Assembly: GCA_044220495.1 (NCBI GenBank)
Contig: JBGAQY010000007.1
Location: forward strand, 11,112-75,111
DNA length: 64,000 bases
Source: Acidimicrobiales bacterium
GTDB lineage: Bacteria > Actinomycetota > Acidimicrobiia > Acidimicrobiales > JBBSGY01
Reading direction: 5' to 3'
This document shows, in pieces, positions 56,082 to 64,000 of the stretch. A model generated the notes under the pieces. The model did no database searches and was not told the origin of the DNA. It worked only from the letters and a program-made list of their open reading frames with translations. A program made the position numbers and the translations under genes. Position 1 is the first letter of the stretch, and each line of letters opens with the position of its first letter.

Positions 56082-58895
56082 ATGGCCAACGTGTCTAAGC
56101 CTCTTGTAATTGTCGAATCCCCAGCCAAAGCCAAGACGATCTCCCGTTTCTTGGGCTCCGACTTCATCGTCGAGTCGTCGATTGGCCATGTCCGTGACCT
56201 TCCGAGCGACGCCTCTGATATCCCCGCTGCCTACAAGGCAGAGCCGTGGAGCAGACTTGGTGTCGACGTTGAACACGACTTCAAACCGCTATACGTCGTG
56301 TCCAAAGAAAAGAAGCAACAGGTCACCAAGCTCAAAGCGCTTCTAAAAGACGCCGACGAGCTCTATCTCGCAACCGATGAAGACCGAGAAGGAGAAGCCA
56401 TTGCGTGGCACCTGCTCGAGGTGCTCAACCCTAAGATTCCCGTCAAACGGATGGTGTTCCACGAGATCACCAAATCTGCGATCGACAACGCCGTTTCAAA
56501 CTGGCGAGAACTCAACCGTCATCTCGTTGACGCGCAAGAAGGTCGGCGCATCCTCGATCGTCTGGTCGGTTACGAGGTTTCCCCGATCTTGTGGCGCAAG
56601 GTCAAACAGGGTTTGTCGGCGGGGCGCGTTCAGTCGGTTGCGACGCGCATTTTGGTCGAGCGTGAGCGCGCTCGCATCCGCTTTCGCAGCGCGGAGTTTT
56701 GGGATCTTTCGGCGACATTTGACGAGGTGCAAAGCCAACCGGCCACCCCGTTTTCCGCTCGCCTCGTAAGCCTCGGCGGACAAAAGCTCGCAACCGGCAA
56801 AGACTTTGGCGAAGACGGAGAACTTACGAAGCCCGGCGCTCTAGTACTCAACGGCGACCAAGCCGAGTCGCTCGTCGCTCAACTGCGCGATGCCACCTTC
56901 GCCGTTACGTCGGTTGACGAAAAGCCCTACACGCGCAAGCCATACGCGCCTTTCATTACCTCGACATTGCAGCAAGAGGCGGGGCGTAAGTTGCGCTTCA
57001 CTTCGCGTCGCGCAATGCAGGCAGCGCAACGCCTTTATGAGGGCGGATACATCACCTATATGCGTACTGACTCGACAACTTTGTCAGAGCAGGCGCTCAC
57101 TGCGGCGCGTGAGCAAGCGCGCTCAATGTACGGCCCTGAGTACGTGCCTGATGCTCCGCGTCGATACGAAAAGAAGGTCAAGAACGCGCAAGAGGCGCAC
57201 GAGGCAATCCGTCCGGCTGGCGATTCGTTCCGGTCGCCCGACGCTGTTGCCAAAGAGGTCGGGCCGGCAAGCGACGAGGCCAAGGTTTATGACCTGATCT
57301 GGAAGCGCACGATTGCGTCACAGATGGCTGACGCAAAGGGCCAGAGCCTCGCCGTTCGCATTGTTGGTTCACCCAAAGACGGTGAAGACGCTGAGTTCTC
57401 TGCGTCGGGTCGCACCATCACGTTCCCCGGGTTCATGCGTGCGTATGTCGAAGGTGCCGACGATCCCGATGCAGCGCTAGAAGATCGCGAAGTCGTGCTT
57501 CCTGAGATGGCGGTTGGTAACTCGCTTGGCCTCGCCGATGTTGATCTCGAAGGCAACGCAGGTCTTGCGGCCAAGAGTCACGTCACTTCGCCGCCAGCGC
57601 GCTTTACCGAAGCATCGCTCGTTAAGACGCTCGAAGAAATGGGCGTTGGTCGTCCGTCTACGTACGCGTCGATCATGAGCACGATTCAAAACCGCGGTTA
57701 TGCATGGAAGAAGGGCAGCGCGCTCGTCCCGAGTTTCGTGGCGTTCTCGGTTGTGCGATTGCTCGAAGAGCATTTTTCGACACTCATTGACTATGGCTTC
57801 ACTGCGCATATGGAAGACGAGCTCGACGAGATTGCCAACGGACAAGAAGACACCGTGCCGTGGCTGACCAAGTTCTACTTTGGCAACGGAAAACCCGGTC
57901 TCAAGTCGCTTGTGTCGAACGATCGCATCCAAGAGATCGATCCGCGCGAGCTCAACACGATTCCGCTCGGCGATGATCTAAAGGGTGAGCCAATAGTCAT
58001 TCGGGTTCGTTGGGGCGGCGCTGTTGTTGCTCGTGGCGACGAGATCGCAGCTGTACCCGAGGGCCTTGCTCCCGATGAGATCACTGTCGAAAAAGCCGAA
58101 GAGTTGTTCGAGCTTTCGAAAGAGCGCAACTTGGGTCCTGATCCTGAAACTGGTCTTGCGATCTATGTGCGCGCCGGTCGTTTTGGACCCTACGTTCAGG
58201 TCGGCGAGCTCGATCCTGATCCGAAGGCAAAAGAGAAGCCGCGCACGGCGTCGCTTCTGAAGTCAATGCGCCCCGAGACACTCACTCTTGAAGACGCTTT
58301 GAGTTTGTTGTCATTGCCGAGAGTGATCGGTGTTGATCCCACTGATAACGAAGAGATCACTGCGCTCAACGGCCGCTACGGGCCCTACATCAAGAAGGGT
58401 GCTGACAGTCGCAGTCTCGAGTCAGAAGAGCTGCTTTTCACGCTCACGCTTGAACAAGCGCAGGCGATCTTCGCCCAGCCCAAGACTCGTCGTGGGCAGA
58501 CGGCAGCAGCGCCGCTCAAAGAATTGGGGATGGATCCCAACAGCGAGCGTCCGATCGTCATCAAAGAGGGCCGGTTTGGGCCGTACTGCACCGACGGTGA
58601 GACGAATGCTTCGGTGCCACGAGCCGAGAGTGTTGAGTCGATGACGCTCGAGCGCGCCATCGAGTTGTTGGCTGACCGCCGGGCGGCTGGTCCCAAGAAA
58701 AAGAAGACAGCGGCAAAGAAGGCGACTGCCAAGAAGGCCACTGCCAAGAAATCGACCGCGAAAAAGCCAGCCAAGAAGACTGCGGCCAAGAAAACCGCAG
58801 CTAAAAAGGCTGGAACGAAGAAATCATCCGCAAAGAAGACGACGGCTAGCAGCGAAACCGATGCTGATGTCGAGTCTGAAGTCAGTGCCGACTGA
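56082..58895 (+). CDS. topA: Type I DNA topoisomerase with a Lys/Ala-rich C-terminal tail
   Basis: IVESPAKAK, ATDEDREGEAI, SAGRVQS, ITYMRTD and GRPSTY motifs; C-terminal repeats and a KKxAxK tail. Confidence 0.98.
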   Translation: MANVSKPLVIVESPAKAKTISRFLGSDFIVESSIGHVRDLPSDASDIPAAYKAEPWSRLGVDVEHDFKPLYVVSKEKKQQVTKLKALLKDADELYLATDEDREGEAIAWHLLEVLNPKIPVKRMVFHEITKSAIDNAVSNWRELNRHLVDAQEGRRILDRLVGYEVSPILWRKVKQGLSAGRVQSVATRILVERERARIRFRSAEFWDLSATFDEVQSQPATPFSARLVSLGGQKLATGKDFGEDGELTKPGALVLNGDQAESLVAQLRDATFAVTSVDEKPYTRKPYAPFITSTLQQEAGRKLRFTSRRAMQAAQRLYEGGYITYMRTDSTTLSEQALTAAREQARSMYGPEYVPDAPRRYEKKVKNAQEAHEAIRPAGDSFRSPDAVAKEVGPASDEAKVYDLIWKRTIASQMADAKGQSLAVRIVGSPKDGEDAEFSASGRTITFPGFMRAYVEGADDPDAALEDREVVLPEMAVGNSLGLADVDLEGNAGLAAKSHVTSPPARFTEASLVKTLEEMGVGRPSTYASIMSTIQNRGYAWKKGSALVPSFVAFSVVRLLEEHFSTLIDYGFTAHMEDELDEIANGQEDTVPWLTKFYFGNGKPGLKSLVSNDRIQEIDPRELNTIPLGDDLKGEPIVIRVRWGGAVVARGDEIAAVPEGLAPDEITVEKAEELFELSKERNLGPDPETGLAIYVRAGRFGPYVQVGELDPDPKAKEKPRTASLLKSMRPETLTLEDALSLLSLPRVIGVDPTDNEEITALNGRYGPYIKKGADSRSLESEELLFTLTLEQAQAIFAQPKTRRGQTAAAPLKELGMDPNSERPIVIKEGRFGPYCTDGETNASVPRAESVESMTLERAIELLADRRAAGPKKKKTAAKKATAKKATAKKSTAKKPAKKTAAKKTAAKKAGTKKSSAKKTTASSETDADVESEVSAD

Positions 58896-58975
58896 CCCAA
58901 TGAGGTTTCGGTAAGACCCTGAAATATTCAGCGAGGGTTCCCGCCGGTTTGGTTGCGGTTGCGTAGCCTTGGGAC

Positions 58976-60481
58976 GTGCCCACTCGACCCCAGACTCGCA
59001 AAGCAGTACACGCGTTTCGTGGGCCGCCGGCGGGGAACGAAGCTGTTGTTGACCTCAGAGATGGCAGCGCTCGTTCGGCTCGGAAGTCAAGAAGTCGAGG
59101 TTCGCGAGAGGGCGCCGGGAAGGAACAGTTGCGCGACATAAAGGTCTTTGGTTCTCCTGCGTTTCGCCGCTTGTGGTTCTCGCAGTTGGCGTCGTCGCTT
59201 GGCGACTGGATCGGCCTTGTCGCGATCACCGCAATCGCTAACCGCATAGGTGGTGGCGGTGTTGCCGGTCTTGGTGGTGTGAGTCTTGTTCTCGCCGCGC
59301 GTTTGGTACCCGGCTTCTTCTTCTCACCGATTGCTGGGGTTCTTGCTGATCGCTTCAACCGCAAGACGATCATGGTCTTGTGTGACTTTGGTCGCGCGAT
59401 TGTGCTGTGCTCGCTTGCGTTTGTAGACAACCTCATCAGTCTCTTCATCGCGTCGCTTGTGCTCGAGTTGTTGACACTCATGTGGTCGACGGCGAAAGAG
59501 GCGTCGGTTCCCAATTTGGTCAAGCCAGAGTTTCTCGCTTCGGCAAATTCACTTTCGATCGCTGCGGCATATGGCCCTCTGTTGATTGCACCAGGTTTGT
59601 TTGCGTTGCTTGCCAAGGTTCCTGAGTGGACAGGCAACTCGACTTGGTTTCATTCGCTCAATCTCAACAACGAGTCGGTTGCGCTTTACTTCGACGGTCT
59701 CACCTACCTGATTTCTGCGGCCGTGATTGCCACGCTTGCCATTCCTTCCTCAAAGCGTGTGCGTACAACTGAAGCTGGCACGATCAAAGGCGCGGGTGCT
59801 GGCTTTGCCCAAGCGCGCGAGGGGCTGCGTTATGTAAAGACGAATGCGCGTGTTCGTTCAGTGATGATTGGTTTGGCAACCGGCCTTATTGGTGGTGCCA
59901 TGGTTGTGCCCTTGGGCCCGAGCTTCTCTGACGTTGCTCTTGATGCCGGCAGTGCTGGCTATGGCTTGTTGCTGACGGGCCTCGGCACCGGTGTGGCGAT
60001 CGGTGTCATGGCGATCACACTCGTGCAAAAGCGTCTGAATGTTGACCGCATGTTCCTAGCTGCCATTTTTGGCTCGGGCGCTTCGCTGCTCATTGCGGCA
60101 AGCATGACTGGCCTTACTGCTGCAGTGATTTGTACAGGAATTCTCGGACTGTTTGGCGGTGGCGTTTACGTGCTTGGTTACACGAGCGTTCAGGTGAACA
60201 CCATCGACGAAATGCGCGGCCGAGTGTTTGCAACTCTCTACACCGTGACGCGCTCGTGCATCTTGCTCGCGCTCGTTGCGGCGCCGCTTCTTGCTGTTGC
60301 TTTTGGATCACTTGCCGACAGGTTGTGGGGCGGCGCCTTTGATCTCGGCGACATTCACATTGAAACGCAAGGCGTACGGCTCACATTCTGGTTTGGTGGT
60401 CTGATTTTGTTGTTGGCCGGATTGTTGGCGACTCGTTCGTTGGGTCGGGGCCTGAGAGAAAGCGCCGAGACCGAGGCTTGA
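58976..60481 (+). CDS. MFS transporter
   Basis: FRRLWFSQLASSLGDW, GVLADRFNRKTIM and EMRGRVF motifs; about 12 TM; start uncertain. Confidence 0.9.
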   Translation: MPTRPQTRKAVHAFRGPPAGNEAVVDLRDGSARSARKSRSRGSREGAGKEQLRDIKVFGSPAFRRLWFSQLASSLGDWIGLVAITAIANRIGGGGVAGLGGVSLVLAARLVPGFFFSPIAGVLADRFNRKTIMVLCDFGRAIVLCSLAFVDNLISLFIASLVLELLTLMWSTAKEASVPNLVKPEFLASANSLSIAAAYGPLLIAPGLFALLAKVPEWTGNSTWFHSLNLNNESVALYFDGLTYLISAAVIATLAIPSSKRVRTTEAGTIKGAGAGFAQAREGLRYVKTNARVRSVMIGLATGLIGGAMVVPLGPSFSDVALDAGSAGYGLLLTGLGTGVAIGVMAITLVQKRLNVDRMFLAAIFGSGASLLIAASMTGLTAAVICTGILGLFGGGVYVLGYTSVQVNTIDEMRGRVFATLYTVTRSCILLALVAAPLLAVAFGSLADRLWGGAFDLGDIHIETQGVRLTFWFGGLILLLAGLLATRSLGRGLRESAETEA

Positions 60482-61095
60482 CGACACGGGGCAAACTCAT
60501 TGCCTTCGAGGGCGGCGACGGCAACGGCAAATCCACACAATCGCGTTTGTTGGCAGAACGTATCGACGCAGTGCTTACCCGTCAGGCGGGCGGCACTCCG
60601 CTCGGTAAACAGATCCGCCAACTCACCCTTGACCCGTCGATAGAGCATGTCTCTGATCGCGCTGAGGCCTTGCTTTACATGGCCGATCGCGCTGAGCACA
60701 TAGACGAGGTAATCGAGCCAGCCCTTGCTTCTGGGCGTCACGTTGTCACTGATCGCTATGCGTATTCGAGCTTCGCCTACCAAGGTTACGGACGCGGCCT
60801 CGACGTTGAAGAGCTCCACCACATCGCTGATTGGGCAATGCGGTCGGTTTGGCCTGACGTGATCTTGCTGATCGAGGTTCCTTTTGAAGAGAGTGCAGCG
60901 CGTCTCAAACTTCGTGCCGAAGACATGGATCACTACGAGGCGTCGGGTGTTGCCCTGCAAGACAAGGTGCTGCGTGGTTACCGGGCGATGGCCGAGGCCG
61001 ATCCGAAACGCTGGCGAGTCATCGACGGCAGCGGACGGATCGAGGTTGTGTCTGAGCGTGTGTGGGCAGCTGTCGAGCCGTTCCTGAATAGCTAG
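60478..61095 (+). CDS. tmk: Thymidylate kinase
   Basis: FEGGDGNGKSTQ, LLYMADRAEH and TDRY..SSFAYQG motifs. Confidence 0.96.
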   Translation: MTTRGKLIAFEGGDGNGKSTQSRLLAERIDAVLTRQAGGTPLGKQIRQLTLDPSIEHVSDRAEALLYMADRAEHIDEVIEPALASGRHVVTDRYAYSSFAYQGYGRGLDVEELHHIADWAMRSVWPDVILLIEVPFEESAARLKLRAEDMDHYEASGVALQDKVLRGYRAMAEADPKRWRVIDGSGRIEVVSERVWAAVEPFLNS

Positions 61096-61145
61096 CCCCC
61101 CTTCTGTCGACTTTGTTTGTCGCTGTGCTGGGGCAAGATGGGGCC

Positions 61146-62177
61146 GTGCAAGATCCTTTTACGTCAGTTGTTGGTCAAGAGCGGGCTGTTGAGCACCTGC
61201 GAGCAGCTGCGGGTCGGCCGGTGCACGCGTATCTGTTCATAGGTCCGGCTGGTTCGGGCAAGCGCGTCGCTGCGAATGCGTTCGCAGCTGCGCTCCTGCA
61301 AGATGAGCGCGCGCTGCATGGCGTACACCCTGATGTTGTGACGGTTGAACGTGAAGGTGCGTCGATCAATGTTGCTCAGGCGCGCGAGATTGCTCGTCTT
61401 GCCGCGCGCAGTCCGATTGAGGGGCAACGCAAGGTTCTCGTGCTCACCGAGTTTCATCTGGTCGACGAGGCTGCTCCGGCTCTGTTGAAGACAATCGAAG
61501 AAGCATCGCCGTCAACGATCTTTGTCATCCTCGCCGACTCATTGACCAAAGAGTTGACGACGATTGCTAGTCGTTGCGTAAAGGTTGAGTTCGCTGCCCT
61601 TCCAGCTGAGTTGATCGAGCGAACCCTGCTGGCTGAAGGTTTTCCGGCTGAGCGTTCTGCCCTTGCTGCTGAGTCAGCCTTCGGCAATCTCGAGCGCGCT
61701 CGGTTGCTGGCGGCTGACGATGCGGTGGCGGCGCGTCACGAGCTGTGGGTAAACATTCCTTCGCGTCTCGACGGTACGGGTGCAACCGTTGCTCGCATAG
61801 CTGACGAAATTGCTGCGGCACTCGATCACGCGTCAGAACCTCTCGTCGCTCGGCAAGTAGTCGAGCAGACAGAGATCAAGGCAAAGTCGAAAGAGATGAA
61901 ACTGGGTGCCGGTGCCGCAAAAGATCTCGAGACGCGTCACAAACGTGAACAGCGCCGATTGCGCGCCGATGAGCTGCGCGCTGGGTTCGCCACTTTGGCT
62001 CAAGAGGTTCGTCGGCGCTTTGTCGATGCTGTCGACGCCCGTGCAGCTACGCGACTTGAAGGCGCATTGGCCGCGGTGACGACAGCTAATGAATCGTTGT
62101 TGTTCAATCCCGCCGAGTTGTTGTTGCTGCAGCGCATGTTGGTCGACATCTCGCTCTCGTTAGACGGTTCGAACTAG
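61146..62177 (+). CDS. holB: DNA polymerase III subunit delta-prime
   Basis: HAYLFIGPAGSGK, HPDV, ALLKTIEE and TIASRC motifs; follows tmk. Confidence 0.88.
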   Translation: MQDPFTSVVGQERAVEHLRAAAGRPVHAYLFIGPAGSGKRVAANAFAAALLQDERALHGVHPDVVTVEREGASINVAQAREIARLAARSPIEGQRKVLVLTEFHLVDEAAPALLKTIEEASPSTIFVILADSLTKELTTIASRCVKVEFAALPAELIERTLLAEGFPAERSALAAESAFGNLERARLLAADDAVAARHELWVNIPSRLDGTGATVARIADEIAAALDHASEPLVARQVVEQTEIKAKSKEMKLGAGAAKDLETRHKREQRRLRADELRAGFATLAQEVRRRFVDAVDARAATRLEGALAAVTTANESLLFNPAELLLLQRMLVDISLSLDGSN

Positions 62178-62184
62178 GTCTGCT

Positions 62185-63999
62185 GTGCAGCTCATCGATG
62201 GATCTCTCGTACTGAGTCCGACTGATCTGGCTGAGTCGGTTTTGTGCGACCACCTTGTTGCCGTTGAGCGTCAAGTGGCTTTCGGTGAAGTCCAGCGCGA
62301 TGGCGAACCAGACCCTGCACTAGAAGTTTTGTTGAGGCGCAGTGCTGAACACGAAGCTGAGTATTTGAAGTCGTTAAGTGCGTCTGGTCGTTCCGTTGTC
62401 GAGATAAAGACGCGCAGTGCTGGTCGCGCAGCTCTCGAGCAAGCCGAGCGGCAAACGCTTGATGCAATGCGAAGTGGTGTCGATGTCATTTACCACGCCA
62501 CGTTCTTTGACGGACGGTGGCGCGGACAGGCTGACTTTCTCGAACGTGTCGATAAGCCAAGTGATCTTGGTTCGTTCTCGTATGAAGTAAGCGATGCCAA
62601 GCTTGCGCGTCACGCGAAAGTCGAAGCGTTGTTGCAGATTGCCAACTATTCAGAGCACGTTGCTCGTCTGCAAGGGCGAATGCCGGCAGAGATGCATTTG
62701 ATACTCGGCACTGCCGAGCGCGTGACTTTCGACACGCTTGACTTTGACTCGTATTACCGATCGATCAAGCGCGATTTCGAGCAACGAGTTGAACAGCAGA
62801 CCGCCACCTACCCCGACCCCGTTGCGCATTGCGCCATCTGTCGCTGGGCTGACAATTGCGATGCGCAACGCGTCGCCGACGATCACTTGTCGCTAGTTGC
62901 CGACATGGGTCGACACCAAACACTCAAACTCAATGAGAGTGGGGTGTTCACGCTTGCCCAGCTCGCTTCTCTTGACGCGCCGTTTGTGCGCGGCATCAGC
63001 GAGAGCACGTTGGCCAAGTTGCATTCGCAAGCGCGTCTGCAAGCCGCTCAACGCGAAAGCGGAGTCGTTGCCTACGAATTGATCGAGCCCGGTGCGGGTG
63101 ATCGTGGATTTGCGACATTGCCTCCGCCGTCAAAGGGCGATCTGTTCTTTGACATGGAGGGCGATCCCTACGTCGGTGAGCGCGGTATTGAGTACCTGTT
63201 TGGCGTGACCGAACAATTCGATGATGGTCTTCGCTATCACTCGTGGTGGGCGCACGACACGGCGAGCGAGAAGCGCGCTTTTGAAGCCTTTATCGACTTC
63301 GTTGTCGAGAGACGTGCGCAGCATCCCGATCTGCATATTTACCATTACGCCCCTTATGAGCTGTCGGCCATACAACGACTGTCAGCGCGCCACGGCACGC
63401 GTGAAGTCGAGGTCGACGCGTTGCAACGCGAGAACGTGCTTGTCGACCTATATCGAATCGTTCGTCAAACCGTGCGTGTGTCGCAAGACTCCTACTCAAT
63501 CAAGAAGTTAGAGCCGCTTTACATGGGCAGTCGCGGCACCGAGGTTGTGGGTGGCGGCGAGAGCATCGTTGCGTATGAGACGTGGTTGGAAGTTGGCGAT
63601 CAGAAGATCCTCGACGACATCGAGCAATACAACCGCGACGATTGCGAATCAACGTTTGGTCTGCGCAACTGGCTAGAAGAGCGACGAGCCGAAGCGCAGC
63701 AGCAGTTCGGTGAACTTCCTTTTATTGACGAGGCGACAACGGCTTCAGCCGCAGTGTCGAAGCTTGACGAGCAGATAGACGAGCTCGACAAGCTGCTGTG
63801 TGCAGAGTTGCCTGAATCGGGCGGCTCCCATGAACAGCAGACAACTCGGCTGCTGGCGCGCTTGCTCGAGTGGCATCGGCGCGAAGCAAAGTCAGAGTGG
63901 TGGAATCACTTCAGGTTGCTTGACTTGAGCGACGCCGAGCTATTCGATGACCGAGATGCTTTGAGTGGTCTCGAATACGAGGGTGTTGTCGGACAGGTC
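62185..63999 (+). CDS. TM0106 family RecB-like nuclease with an RNase-H-like domain (normally followed by a helicase); runs off the window end
   Basis: Hand translation from GTG 62185: VQLIDGSLVLSPTDL...GQADFL...YEVSDAKL...LQIANY...LFFDMEGDP..EYLFG...HIYHYAPYE...YSIKKLEPLY...YNRDDCEST; absent from the ORF track. Confidence 0.88.
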   Translation, partial: MQLIDGSLVLSPTDLAESVLCDHLVAVERQVAFGEVQRDGEPDPALEVLLRRSAEHEAEYLKSLSASGRSVVEIKTRSAGRAALEQAERQTLDAMRSGVDVIYHATFFDGRWRGQADFLERVDKPSDLGSFSYEVSDAKLARHAKVEALLQIANYSEHVARLQGRMPAEMHLILGTAERVTFDTLDFDSYYRSIKRDFEQRVEQQTATYPDPVAHCAICRWADNCDAQRVADDHLSLVADMGRHQTLKLNESGVFTLAQLASLDAPFVRGISESTLAKLHSQARLQAAQRESGVVAYELIEPGAGDRGFATLPPPSKGDLFFDMEGDPYVGERGIEYLFGVTEQFDDGLRYHSWWAHDTASEKRAFEAFIDFVVERRAQHPDLHIYHYAPYELSAIQRLSARHGTREVEVDALQRENVLVDLYRIVRQTVRVSQDSYSIKKLEPLYMGSRGTEVVGGGESIVAYETWLEVGDQKILDDIEQYNRDDCESTFGLRNWLEERRAEAQQQFGELPFIDEATTASAAVSKLDEQIDELDKLLCAELPESGGSHEQQTTRLLARLLEWHRREAKSEWWNHFRLLDLSDAELFDDRDALSGLEYEGVVGQV

Positions 64000-64000
64000 A

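Noticed and set aside
58695-58850. Tandem DNA repeats in the topA 3' end
   Set aside because: They encode the Lys/Ala-rich tail known from actinobacterial TopA and are not a separate element.
58976-61095. Frameshifted MFS-Tmk fusion
   Set aside because: The genes show a normal 4-nt TTGA start/stop overlap and both look complete, so there is no sign of a broken fusion.
1-64000. tRNA, rRNA, IS transposases, integrases
   Set aside because: No T-loop or cloverleaf, rRNA-like tract, or DDE/Y1/tyrosine-recombinase motif was recognised by eye. A tRNAscan or ISEScan run would be needed to exclude them fully.

Overview
Chromosomal, mostly housekeeping window from a GC-rich actinobacterium, most likely class Acidimicrobiia. 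The taxonomy is inferred from gene content (RsiG, GlnR/GlnA2, BldG and the ssd-tad-bldG-topA-tmk-holB block), not from a database search. In order it holds: a truncated orphan adenine methyltransferase; a zinc-free DksA/TraR, ABC1 kinase and def run; an RsiG-like anti-sigma factor; an M23 peptidase; proC; a DUF62 SAM-cleaving enzyme; a secreted CAP protein; hemACDBL; a GT39; a REC-HDOD regulator; an AI-2E transporter; a geranylgeranyl reductase (MenJ-like); three unknown genes; a complete nuoA-N operon; an unusual HTH-helical-PAS-pseudo-DHp protein; Mrp, ErpA and RidA; a glnR-glnA2/glnA-nadE nitrogen cluster; a group-2 sigma factor followed by a mosaic of structured repeats; XRE and HAD-IB genes; a Tad/Flp locus; bldG plus an anti-sigma; dedA; topA; an MFS transporter; tmk; holB; and a truncated TM0106 nuclease. 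The strongest non-annotated signal is a class-I c-di-GMP riboswitch (8137-8229, minus strand). It has a readable translational OFF platform, sits behind a sigma28/WhiG-like promoter and controls the CAP gene, about 4 kb from a twin-motif c-di-GMP-binding RsiG. This suggests a doubly c-di-GMP-gated circuit. I found no tRNA, rRNA, CRISPR array or transposase. All calls come from motif reading and recalled family knowledge; no searches or folding programs were run.
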